A DNA stretch of 60,634 nt, counting the filler, from Diploschistes diacapsis (taxonomy: Eukaryota), in the NCBI GenBank assembly GCA_023645945.1. It is 6 parts of 6 records of this genome, joined end to end, with 100 filler letters (N's around TTAATTAATTAA, not from the genome) between each part and the next. Parts side by side here need not be neighbours in the genome. Positions count along the whole stretch, not along the records: positions 1 to 10,044 come from JALAIB010000967.1; positions 10,145 to 20,167 come from JALAIB010000968.1; 4 more parts are not named here. One strand, written 5' to 3'. A program made the translations under genes and the position numbers. Positions 1-11,484 of this stretch are shown here, piece by piece. How positions within the stretch are numbered: the first letter of the stretch is position 1; each line of letters begins with the position of its first letter. The notes beneath the pieces were generated by a model. The model was given only the letters and a program-made list of their open reading frames with translations. It had not been told where the DNA came from and made no database searches.

Positions 1-41
1 CCTCCCAACGCCACTAACACCCTCTCTCTACTCCCCCGCAG

Positions 42-496
42 CTGTGACAGGAACCTACGCCCTCCCCCTCGCCCTGTACCAGCTCCTCCTCTCCATCCGC
101 GTCTCACGGCAGCGCATCGCGACCAACACCCTCATCGGCTCCGCCTCCAAGAACCGCCCCGTCAGCTCCAACAACGCCGGACCGTCCAGCGGCGCCGACG
201 AGCCCGCGGACTCGCTCTCCGTCGCCATGCGCTCGCACGCCAACTTCGCCGAGAACGTGCCGTTCGCACTCATCTTCGCGGGCCTGGCGGAACTAAACGG
301 CGCGGACAGGCGGGTGCTGAACTATGCGCTGCTGGCGCTGCTCGTGTCGAAGGTCGCACATGTGGAGGCGGGCATGTTGGCAAGGCCGGACGGCGCGGCG
401 GTGGGGAGGCTGGTGGGGCATTTGGGGACGCAGGTTACGCTTGTGGGATTGGCCGGGTGGGCGGCTTGGTTGGCTAGGGGGTATTGGGGTTTCTAG
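42..496 (+). CDS. MAPEG-family membrane protein (microsomal GST-like), last exon; 5' part lies outside the window
   Basis: Motif R-S-H-A-N-F-A-E-N-V-P followed by hydrophobic helices with a conserved H (KVAHVEAG). Preceded by branch point CACTAAC (13-19) and acceptor CGCAG (ending 41). Confidence 0.8.
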
Positions 497-900
497 ACCT
501 GGAAGGGGGCTGTGGGAGAGGAGATGGCGGATTGGGTGGAGGAGTGAATTGGGAGTTGATTGGATGATGTGTTGGTAGGATACGAGATTGGATCGGGGGT
601 AAAAGGGAGACGAGGACAAGAGTGAGATTTCCTTATAGCGAGGTGTAGATTGATGTTGAGAATAGGGGCTGGATGGTTTTGATAATGAACTCACCCCACT
701 CAGTGCCCGGCCTGGTTGGCTGCGTGCCTAGGACTAAGCAAGCCTCGTTGCGGATTATTGCTCTACAAAAGATCCGTGCTTGATCGAATACATCATTGGT
801 TTCACATTACCACCACAGGACTGCGGACAATTTTGTGATGGCTCCAAAATCTTGATTGTGTTTACTGGAGCTGGCCCCAGGTATATATCTGTCTCACCAC

Positions 901-3732
901 CTAGAACATATTGTTCGAATCATATAACATATGATATCTTGATCCATTATCCCAGTTTTCCACTTTCAAGAGGCTCTCATGGCGCTTCGATGAATGCGGG
1001 TCAATGTCTCCAATGTCCGGACCAGGCTCTCCGAATTCCATGTCTTCATCAATTGTTTCCCACAGTGCATCTCCCTCTTCAGTAAGTGACATCCTAGAAC
1101 GATCTGCTGAATTCCTGTGACTGTAATGTAGAGAATTCAAATATTGTTCATGGGAAGAAAGCTGTTGGCTGGCTGAGTGATTACGGACGAAGACCGCTCG
1201 CGATCTTGCCCGTCGGTGGATTTTGCTGCTTCGCGATCTAATATTTGGAGGCCTAATGACTGACCCGATCCTCTGCTTTGCTGGTGTACGGGTGTAATGA
1301 TACTCCGTAAACGCCTGGTTATTGTGAGATGCTTCTTCGGCCAAGGTTGAGGAGAGATGGTTCTGCTTAGGAGACTGATTGCCGCCATCGACGCCAGGGA
1401 AGTCCATTATGGCTGGCTGTGAAGCTGACCCAGTAGTGTGGCTCTTTGCTGCCGGTGTAGACTGCATTGGTAGAGTCATTCGCCCAACGTCTCTGTCGAA
1501 GAAGATGCCCCTTGGACGAGGTCTGCTCGGTGGCACTTTGCGTGGGCTTTTCTCCACCTCCGCAGCCAGGTCAGCAATAGTCTCCGGATCAACTGCACTC
1601 ATAGACAAACTGGGTTCCATCTGACCTAAGGTATGCCTTGGAGGAAACCTCAAGGCGGACATATCAGATTCAGATAGCTCGTTCAGTACCGGCTTCTGCT
1701 GCTCAAAGCTCACAAAATTTCTCGGAAAGTGGGCAGGTCTAACTCGAACATCTACTGGCGGTTCCATCTCCTTTGTTCTGTTGTCAGTACTTGACTTTGC
1801 TTGACCGGGGTCCTTTCGCAGATAAGTGATATTGTCATATTTTCCCGGAGTCTCTATCGGCACAGTAATTCGACTCGTAGCGGACGGCAGCAACGGAGAA
1901 GGCACAAGAGATAGACAAGGGGAGCGAGGCGGTGTCCATGCCCAAGAGTCTTTCACCTTGGTTTCCGGAGTAGATAACCGTTGTTGCGCGGTATCGTGAC
2001 TTGCTCCCTGTACTACTTCTTTGATCTCCTTAGGCGAGTCCTCTGGCGGTTCTTGGTTTTGGTTGATTTCGTCAAGCGCTGTGGCCACCTCTGCGATCAA
2101 GTTCGATGCAATACTTAAGCTATTTGGATCTATGATGGTAAGCGGTATCCGTACCGAGAGCTCTCTTTTGGTTGAAGAGAAGCGAAGAGATGCATGTAGA
2201 AAATATCTCACTCCAAAGAAACGGCCTATATGAAATGTTAGAATCGCCGCACCTACACACAGAAGCAAAGCGGACGTGTCTTCCTGTAGTTGACTCTGGA
2301 TAATAAGATTATGTAGCTTTGTATCTCCCGGTCGGTGGTTCTGGGCTTTTACGGTTGAGAACAAACTCTAGGCTCGAGAGGATACAAACGGCAAATTCAT
2401 CAAACATCTACGCCAAAGACTCACCGGTCGGTATTGTGGCTAGACCAGGTGGAATGTCCAATAGCCATGTTCGATTATCCCTTGTTTGGGGCGCAATCCC
2501 ATGCCAGCCGCTTTTAGTCCTTTCGATTGCATTCGAAGTGACCATCCTCTTGATGACTCGGTCTGGAAGTCTAGAATGCCTTTGAACCCCTTTGGTAATC
2601 TCGGCAGGAGCATGTTGGAAAAGCATTATTGTGCGTTCTAAGAGAAGCTCAATTTTTTTGACTACTTTGCGACTCCGATTCAGAATTTCGAGCTCGACGA
2701 ATAAAGACATCCCGCTCGCCCACACCTCCCGATTGAGAAGCGCAGTCAGCGATGCTTCTTCAAATGGCAAGGTCTTTGATAGCACGACCTTATCGGAAGC
2801 CGTCAACGGTTCCGGCAAAGAGGCCAAGTCTCTGTCAGCTACGGTCCCATTAGTGGCCCTTGTAGAAGGATCTGTGTCTTCAACTCACGGTTATGGACTT
2901 CAAGAACGGCAATATCACAAGAGTCACGTACAGAGTATTTTCTGCCCATCACTTTGATACCCGCCGTGGCGCAAAGTATATAACGTATGCTCGCGTATTT
3001 TGAGAGATATGGTGGTGGGCCAACCTTGACCGGCAAAGAAAATTGGAAGGGGAGACTCATGCACGAAGGGAGGACCGTCCAAAAGCCGTTGACTGGTTTT
3101 ATACCCGCAAGGACTTGACTGGGAGGAGGATGGTCTTCGTTTATGACGTTGACCGTAAGATTGCGGAAGATGTTGTGCTTCCCGTTCCAGGATTCGACTC
3201 CAATCAGGTCAACAGTCATGCTCCCAATGGATAGAAGAGGCACGTCCTTATTGCGCTTGGAATACTTGCCCCCATCGATCATCATCGAAACCTCCCCGTC
3301 TAGCGTAGCACCACCTGTGTACAGGGGTGAGCTGGATTTGGTCTCCAGCGAAAAGCGTGGGTGTCCGATCTCTGGTATTTCGACAGCGTCAAGAGGCTTT
3401 TCAAAGGGTACAAATTGCTTTGAGTGATGAAGGCTAGACCGCTTGAGCGACTTGGTACGCGCGTGGGTGTTTTTCCGGCGATCTGAGGCAGCAACTTGCC
3501 CCAGCCCCGTAGGTAGGTGAAAGTCTCTCAAATTCGCATGACTAGCGAGAGTCTCTTTCTGGTTGCGAGGGATTGAATTTGTCGCCGTGTTCTGAATGTC
3601 TTCAGGGACCGAGGCTCCGGCTCCATCGAGTTGAAAGCGGATATTCCTCCAGTTTTTCTCATCCTGGGTTCTCCTAGTCTCCACCGATTTGTCTCGTTTT
3701 GGTGATGAATTCTCGGCTTTCTCTGCCGACAT
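901..3732 (-). CDS. Arrestin-like (Arrestin_N/C fold) protein with a long disordered C-terminus; at least 2 introns, start uncertain
   Basis: Three consecutive minus-strand ORFs linked by GTGAG donors (~2889, ~2425). Motifs LYTGGATLDGEV, LPFQFSLPVKVGPPPY, ASIRYILCAT, VWASGMSLFVELEILNRSRKVVKKIEL and GRFFGVRYFL. Confidence 0.7.
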
Positions 3733-5671
3733 TGATCTAGGTTCCTGGCTAATTTGTCGCAATATCAGTAGATCCTAGTAGACGCAGTCTTACAGGGAGA
3801 GAGCACAAACCGAAGGTCCTCCAACCTCCGTTGCTCTCACGTAAGGATGAAGCTAGAGCTTCCCTTCTTCTACTGCTCCGCAGAAACTATAATGTTTTTG
3901 GAGCCTTTGGACGTAGGGCAAATGCCAATCCCTAGCTAGTCGACGATAGGTGCTTATCACGGTAGCCAAACACGGCTTGATATCTCCTTCACCTTACACC
4001 TTGGTACAGCTATTGTTACTTCGACCCTCGCTTTCATCGCTGCATTAAGTGTTCAGTAGCTTGATAATGGCGCCAAAGGAGCAGAAGCGATTGAGCCAAA
4101 TGGAGCGTAACCAAAAGAAAACCTTGTGAGCCAAAGGGTAACCAAAATCTTACCTCTCCAATGAACGGAGGCAGCAAGCTGGAAAAAGAAGACGGGGTCT
4201 GGCCAGGACCGAGATTCTATACTACCTTCATTTTTGCAATTTCCAGTGGCAACAGTGCGATGCCATACAGACGGCAGTCACGACAGACAAGGTCGACGTT
4301 GAAGTAGAAATCACGATGAAGCATGCCTGCAATCGATTGCCCTGCCCCATTTTGTCCATTGAACTCTGATACGGATAGAGAGGTTCCGGTGATAAGACAT
4401 AATTTCAGCTCCGATATCAGCTGAAGAACGAGTGTTGAAGTTTTTCATGTCAGAGCGAAGGTCGAAGGCGAAAGAAGCTGCAAGCCACGTGAGGCTGTGT
4501 TTTCGGGTTCGTCTCCGGTGTAATCAAACGGTTTCTTACAGCACTAGTCCAGCGAAACCCTATACCGTACAAGTGCTTCCTCGGAGAAAGTTACAGTGAG
4601 CCTTAAAAGGTTTTCCAGCGGTCAAGGCTACTCCGGCGCATTCTTTGCCCCTTCTATTTGTTGTCTGGGGACCCGTGAGACAGAGGCAACTGAGTAATGT
4701 TTCGATGCGCCAACAAGAATGGGTGGGATTTGAGGCCACCAGTTGCCTTTTCGCAGTGCTGGATTTGCCGTGCCAATGGACAACTGCAGCGAGTCGCAGA
4801 TCTTCATGCACCCATGTGCTTGACGCGTAAAGAGGAGCACGAGCTGAAGATGGGCTTGGGACGAAAGACAAAAGTTTCTGACCAGACTGCCAAGTGAGAG
4901 GCGGTCACACGACCAAGCCTTTTTCTGAATTTCTAAATCTCCAAATTCTAGGCAAGCTTCCATCCATCCCTTACTGTTAAGGGTCTGAGTCCGGACTTCA
5001 AGGGCACACGATACTCAAAGAGGAGAGTCCATCCCGTTGCGACGAAACATAGCTAACGGGAAGGTAGCCGTCTAAAATGACTCGATAGCATATACCACTA
5101 GGAAGCTAGCAGTACGTAGTTCTGACATATAAATACCGGCTAAACCATAATCAGACCCAAAAATACATCAGCTCTCCCTGTGCAAAAATACTACAAACAA
5201 CCCCACACCCAAATAGATTCCTGTTGCGTCTCCACCCATGCATGCTTTTTGTTTCTAGCCTTTTGGCCCTTTGGCCGCTTCAGCCGGTCATTGCGGCCGT
5301 AAAGCGAAAGAAAAAACTTTACCCTACCGCCATACAGACTGCAGAGCCATGACCCAATCAACCTCTCCTCGAGCTTGTAGTTTGTGATTGGCGTGTCCAT
5401 GGTTCCAGGAACAAGCCATTATCTAATATAATACCCCTCGCGCCATGCTCTTTCTGTTCGCTGGGTTCCCTTGACACATTCCTTATCAGTGCCTATCTCT
5501 TCCCTAGATATCAATTCAGCTTCTCACTGGACCATCGCCTCGACCTTGTTCTGGTTTGCGGTACCGGCAGTCAGGTAACGAGAAAGGGGTACAGCTGGTT
5601 CCTGCAGTGTACCCCTGGCCAAGCGCCGTCACCATTGGACGTGACGAAGAAAGTAGAACTAGCGCTCCGGA

Positions 5672-6953
5672 ATGCCGGATGATTCAGCTTCCCCTGTCCT
5701 TCCAAAGCAAGAAAGCCATTTAAGGGATGACTCTGTCTCTTCGGTAGGCTCTGCTGCTGACGCCGATGGCGATGGTGAATCCAACGGCCAGGTTGACGGC
5801 CACACATGGCCTGTGCAAATTGCACCAGTCCAGAAAAGAAAAGGTGGCAGAAAACCAGTAAGTACTATAACTTCGCTGCAGTCCGATGTCGCGTGACCAT
5901 CGCCTAGATATATGCCACTTCTGAGGAGCGGAAGCAGAGGAATCGTCAAGCTCAGGCAGCATTCCGAGAACGACGCACTGAGTATATCAAGCAGCTGGAG
6001 GCTACAATAAAGCAACATGAAGAGTCGCTGCAGTCTTTTCAGCAGAGTCATCGATCGGCGGCAGATGAATGTCTGGTGCTGAGGTACAAAAACTCGTTGT
6101 TGGAGCGCATACTGCTCGAGAGTGGTTAGTCGATGCGTGTTTGCCAATCCTTGTATTAACTAGCGTAGGTATTGATGTCCAAACAGAGCTCAAGCGGAAA
6201 GAAATATCCTCCGCGGACAGTGTCCCTGAATCAACACCGTATCCCACTCTCGTACATAAACCCGGACCCTCACGGCATCGTCATATACCTAGATTGAGTT
6301 CCGGCAGTATATCGATAGTCCCCGGAGCTGCGGCCTATCACTCGCCTCAAATAAAGTCGAGCCCATCTTCGCAGATATCTTCTCCCGCATCGGCGAAATC
6401 TCCTGGCTTCGCAGGCCATTCTGAGATGAGTCTATCGCATCATGATTATCACAACCCGCAGCAGCAGATCAGGAGTTCAACCTACCCTAGTCTTTCAGAA
6501 GCTGCAACCCAGCCAGGCCTACAGCCCATTGCACCAGATTTTGGAAATGCGCACGGCCAGGGACACTGGCCATCTCCATATCAAACGCACAACGAGCAGT
6601 TAGGTAAGCCCGCATTGTCCTTCTTAAGGGTAGACCTGTGTTCCCTGACTAAATGCATGAATGCAGAACAGGAATATGGTGCCAACACTGACATAATGGA
6701 TGATACAAACGAGCTAGTTGACAATGTGCATGCTGGACCCGGTCCATATCCACAGCGCTTTGAACAACGGCAGCCACCCTTTACGTGCGGTCCGCACGGA
6801 GTCCCAATCACTATGGCAGCCAACGTGCAGTCTGGCCTTGGACAGATGTTTGATGCGGCGGATTCTGTGCTCGACGTTGATCCTTTCGGTATGACCGCTG
6901 GCATGCACTTTCCGACACCCTTTTCTTTCCACGAAAGCTCTATCAGGAGATAA
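5672..6953 (+). CDS. bZIP transcription factor; exons 5672-5857, 5908-6124, 6169-6603, 6667-6953
   Basis: The spliced product reads KRKGGRKP|IYATSEERKQRNRQAQAAFRERRTEYIKQLE...SAADECLVLRYKNSLLERILLE, a basic region plus leucine zipper. All introns are GT-AG and keep frame. Confidence 0.9.
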
Positions 6954-8334
6954 AAACTGGGTTTAATGCCATTGCTTGGTGTTTTGGCGTATGAGAGACA
7001 AATCGATGAACAGGATGGAAAAAGGGGTGAGACAGAGTTGGAGGACATATGACCATGGAATTTGAACATAAAAAGTGCGATTTTTGTAACTATTGCCCGC
7101 TGCTGCGTTGCGAATGGTACAGACGAAAGAGCAAGCATACAGAGAGAAGATAATTCAAAACCTAGCTTATAAATTCCGCAGCAATTTTAGTTAATGCTTA
7201 GTTTCAGTGATAAGTGAGTATTTATCCATCTGCTCGAGCAGTTGTTCTGATGCTGATGCCCCCTGTGAAGATTTACACGATTAGGAAACGCAAGAATTGA
7301 CTGGAAATATTTGTCCTTAAGAACTATTCAAGAAGTAGCTTCCAAAGCCCATGTGCCAGTGCTTTATAGGGTGGATGGTAGATTAAATGGGTGGGCTGGT
7401 CTTATATGACAGTCCTTATCTCTGTCGCTTTTCTGTTCGCCATATCCTTATCTCTGTTGCTTATCTTTGTGTAAAAAATTGTACAAGATTTATCCCACGC
7501 GCTATTCTCGTTATGCCATTGTCTTGGCACACTGTCGGTCAGTCTCGGCTATTCTCGGCTATTCAAGGGCCTACGCGCCTCGATTGTCGATTGTCTCGAT
7601 TTGTCGTCTGACTGTTAGCTCGCTCCACTAGTTTGAAGTGTCCCCGCAAGAAAGGAAGCGAGTGTGCTAACAGTTGGCTGCTAGTCGAGGCTCCACCTTT
7701 GGTCTTGGGGGCGAAAATGCTCTAGAGATTAAGAATACAACCTTCTCCTGCTCCCCGATTTTCTTCCACTTCCGCTTCCACGCACATCTGGTGAATATTA
7801 CTTCATAATGGCTCTGCACGACGTCTTGTTCAAACTGTTTACCGTTGATGCTGCGTGTTGAACCTTCTGTGGAGGTACAAACGCTCATGGATTGCCTCTA
7901 GTCTGATACGTCGAGTCGTTGCTTACAGTCTCCACTTTGGCCCATTTCGTGCTCCATCCCTGACGGCCATCACTTTCACGAAAGAGGCACAGAAGCAGGT
8001 GACGCTGCAATTGGCTGCAGCTTCCGGAGCTCCATCTGGATTGGCGAACGTTCTGTGGCTTTTCCGCACCCAACTTGAGTGGGGTGGGTTACATCTCGCC
8101 TTGCTTGCAGACGGTAAAGCTCGTATAGGATATGCATCTTGCTTTCTGCGTTGTTCTTAAGCATATAGGTCGCCTTGCGATTTATCTTTCTATGTCCCGT
8201 GTGTATTGCTGGTGGTAGCCTGTTTTGGTCGTTTGCTTGTTTTGACTTTCTTCCTCGTTTATTTTGCAATCACTCCTCTGTTGTGGAATCTCTGTGTCTA
8301 TACTTGTTGTGTATCGTCTTGGGATTCGCGCACA

Positions 8335-9441
8335 ATGATCTTCTCTACTATCCTCCTGCCTCTGCTAGCGGCACGTGCTCTTGCCGGCTGCGTCTTCGCA
8401 AGAGATGAGCATAGGGAGAACCCACACACAAATCTACGGCAGCGCACCGCCTTCCTCGACACCCCCCTCTACCCTCGCGATGAGAACCGCACGTTGATCG
8501 GCGACCTGCGATACAATATCAGCACGCCCATAGGAAAGACAATCGCCGGCATTTTGTTGGGTACCGAGTCCGGCCAATCCAACACGCCCGGCACACCACC
8601 GACCACATCTGATGCCTGCAAAGCCGACGCCTGCTGCATCTGGTACAACATCTCCAGCGACCTGACAAACACCTACCAGCTCAACGCCGGCTGTGGCGAC
8701 CTCGCCCGGCAAGCCATCCGGGCCGGCTTCCACGACGCCGCGACGTGGTCCGCCGTCCACGAGGCCAAGGGCGACAACTGCTGCGGCGCCGACGGCTCGC
8801 TACTCCTCTCCGGCACGGAGCTCAACCGCGCCGATAACCTCGGCCTAGAGGACATGCCCGGCCTCCTCAACCCCCTCTACACAAAATACAAAAAGTACGG
8901 CGTCGGCATGGCAGACCTGATCCAGTACGCCGCCGTCCACGCCGTGGTCACCTGCACGCAGGGCCCCCGCATCCGGGCCTTCGTCGGGCGCAAAGACTCG
9001 AAGAAAGCCGCGCCGAACCACCTCCTGCCCGAACCCTACAACAGCGCCAACTACATCATCTCCCTCTTCCAAAACAAAACCATCATCTCCGACGACCTGA
9101 TTTCGCTCGTGGGCGCGCACTCGACGGCCAAGCAGTTCTTCGTCAACACCTCCCTGGCCGGCGAGCCCTTGGACGAGACGCCCGGCGTGTGGGACTACTT
9201 CTACTACGCGGAGCTGCTGCAGAGTCCGCAGCCGCAGGGCGTGTACAGGCTGCAGAGCGACGTGGCACTGTCGGCGGACCCCGTGACGAGTGGGCGCTGG
9301 AACACGCTAGCGAATGGAGGGCAGCCGGCGTGGAATGCGGCGTACAGCATGGCGTATGTGCGCATGAGTCTGCTGGGGGTGGATAATCTTAATTATTTGA
9401 ACGAGTGCACGCAGACGCTGCCCATGGCGGAGACGGACTGA
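8335..9441 (+). CDS. Secreted class II fungal heme peroxidase (generic type), intronless
   Basis: Signal peptide MIFSTILLPLLAARALA, distal motif CGDLARQAIRAGFHDA, Ca-binding GADGSLL, proximal His LVGAHS, and downstream D-E-T-P-G-V-W-D and LQSD motifs. Confidence 0.9.
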   Translation: MIFSTILLPLLAARALAGCVFARDEHRENPHTNLRQRTAFLDTPLYPRDENRTLIGDLRYNISTPIGKTIAGILLGTESGQSNTPGTPPTTSDACKADACCIWYNISSDLTNTYQLNAGCGDLARQAIRAGFHDAATWSAVHEAKGDNCCGADGSLLLSGTELNRADNLGLEDMPGLLNPLYTKYKKYGVGMADLIQYAAVHAVVTCTQGPRIRAFVGRKDSKKAAPNHLLPEPYNSANYIISLFQNKTIISDDLISLVGAHSTAKQFFVNTSLAGEPLDETPGVWDYFYYAELLQSPQPQGVYRLQSDVALSADPVTSGRWNTLANGGQPAWNAAYSMAYVRMSLLGVDNLNYLNECTQTLPMAETD

Positions 9442-10044
9442 GGTTGGGGTGGTCGTGGTGCTAGCGCTAGTGCTGAGAAAGAAGAAGAAGTTTTTGTTGT
9501 GTTTTCTGAAGATGAGTGTGTTCGTCGAGGGAGGATGGGGGCTGGGGGCTGGGTGCAAGGGTTGACGATGTGCATGACTTTGATGACTAGCTGGGTATCT
9601 CAGCGTGCTGCTTGTGCAGTGCTAATAATAGGTCTTTGGTATAATCACCGAGTGTTGTCGCGCTATGAAACTGTTTCTTTGTCTAGAGTAACCGAAGCAC
9701 GTCGAGCACATGCTGAGTTTTTGATAAGAACTCGCCATCCCGTCCCACGATCTCCCTCCACAAAGAACCCCACACTTCCACAATGTCCCTAAAATCCGGA
9801 AGTAAGACGAAAGAGGAAAGAACCTAGTTCCCACATGGCTCCCGCCACTCTCCCCCAGCCATGGTTCTTCTTCTATCCTCCCCTCCTCTCCCTACCCATA
9901 TTAACACTATACTACCCTATCCATCAGCCCCCCCTATCCCTCACCAAGCCAAACGTGGGAGGCAGCATCAACAGTACCTGCAGCCACGAAAACGCGCGTG
10001 TTCACAACTCAGAACCCCATCAGCCACATCTCCAAGCAAAACGG

Positions 10045-10144
10045 NNNNNNNNNNNNNNNNNNNNNNNNNNNNNNNNNNNNNNNNNNNNTTAATTAATTAA
10101 NNNNNNNNNNNNNNNNNNNNNNNNNNNNNNNNNNNNNNNNNNNN
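10045..10144. other. Assembly gap with artificial TTAATTAATTAA linker (10089-10100)
   Basis: N44-TTAATTAATTAA-N44. The linker puts stop codons in all six frames. Confidence 0.97.
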
Positions 10145-10655
10145 GAGGGAAGAGGGGGAGGGAAAAGAAGCTTGGGGCTATGAGTTCGGCTGAAGAGTGA
10201 GAGTTCTCAGAGGATCTTATCTGCTCGTCAACGATCGAAGATCGTTGAAATACTTTGCCCCGTCGTCCATACCGCAGCAGCAGCCACTTTGGAGAGAGAT
10301 CCGGATGGCACTGGGTTGTGGCGACGCTTTTGGCACTTAAAATCTCTCCCAGGATTCCCTCGTTTGGTCATGCTGCGATTCTATATAGATAGAGTCTGTA
10401 TTACCCACTTTTTCGTCCGTTACGGTTTTTGACTCTTTTTGACTCTTTTTGACTCATTTGTCCTCTATTTTTCTCTATTTCTCTATTCTTTGCACAGCTG
10501 AGCCATTCCTTTTACATGTCCTGTAGCGGAAAGCCCAGCAACTACTCATCCATACACCGTGCACAGCGTTGTGAGCGCTGCCCCCATCCGGTTCTAGATC
10601 TTGTGCAAACAGCTTGATTATACTGGCTCTCGCAAACATCCCCATTCCGAATGCG

Positions 10656-11475
10656 ATGGTTCCCACCGGTCCCTATAGACAGCTCAAGATCGCTCCTCCT
10701 TTACAAGAAGCGCCCATGCCCCACGACGCCACCAGTGTGCCGTCTCGCGGCTCGAATACGACTACTCCGTTAGCGAACGGCCAGGCTGGGGGATCAAGAT
10801 CCAGGGGATCTCAGACGGTCGTTGCGTGCATGGCATGTCGCAAAAGGAAATCAAAGGTACATTGCGAAGGAAGCAGATTGCATCGAACGGAAAGAGCCTA
10901 ATGTTTTCCGATAGTGCAGTCGAGAACGTCCGCGCTGCTCGACGTGCTGGTCGAAGCGAACGGAATGCGTCTACGAGACCGAAGAGGGGCAGACGCGCCT
11001 CGAGCACTTGCGAAACATCAACGCCAACTTGCGCAACAAGGTCGACGATATGTCCGTCATCATACTTTTCCTGCAGTCCGGTGCCTATGAGGAAGCAATC
11101 GAAGTGGTCCATCGGTTGAGGGCAGCCCAAAACATGGAGGACACGGTGCGCTTGATCCGCGACAGTCAACTGATGCTCCCGGACGAGAGGGTTGGCGCCG
11201 GCGAGGGGCGTCTACTGGCCAAGGAGGATAGCATGGAATCTGTAAACAGCATCGCAAGCGAAAACACACACGCGAGCCTGACAAGCTCAGCGACGGATCC
11301 GAGCATCATGCAGGTTGAGAGGACGCCGGAGATGCCCGTGGCTTGTTATCCGCCAGTTAACATTCAATTACCAAGCCTAGCTTCTTTGACAAGCGTCGAG
11401 GAGCTCGTTGCACGCCATTCACCCTCGCCGCCGCGTACAAACCGGACCCTGCCCCCGCTGAGCTTTACCATCTGA
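10656..11475 (+). CDS. Zn(II)2Cys6 transcription factor; exons 10656-10856, 10915-11475
   Basis: Spliced VACMACRKRKSK|CSRERPRCSTCWSKRTECVYE supplies all six Cys. Intron GTACAT...CTAAT...TAG. Confidence 0.88.
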
Positions 11476-11484
11476 AGAAGTTGG

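Noticed and set aside
8206..8334. 43-aa N-terminal extension of the peroxidase ORF from a non-ATG start
   Set aside because: ATG 8335 has good context (ACAATG) and directly begins a signal peptide.
10089..10100. Recurrent palindrome TTAATTAATTAA every ~10.1 kb as a biological repeat
   Set aside because: It is always centred in N runs and gives stops in all frames, so it is an assembly linker.
8335..11475. Peroxidase and Zn2Cys6 TF as a regulator-target pair
   Set aside because: They are separated by an artificial contig join, so there is no evidence of linkage.
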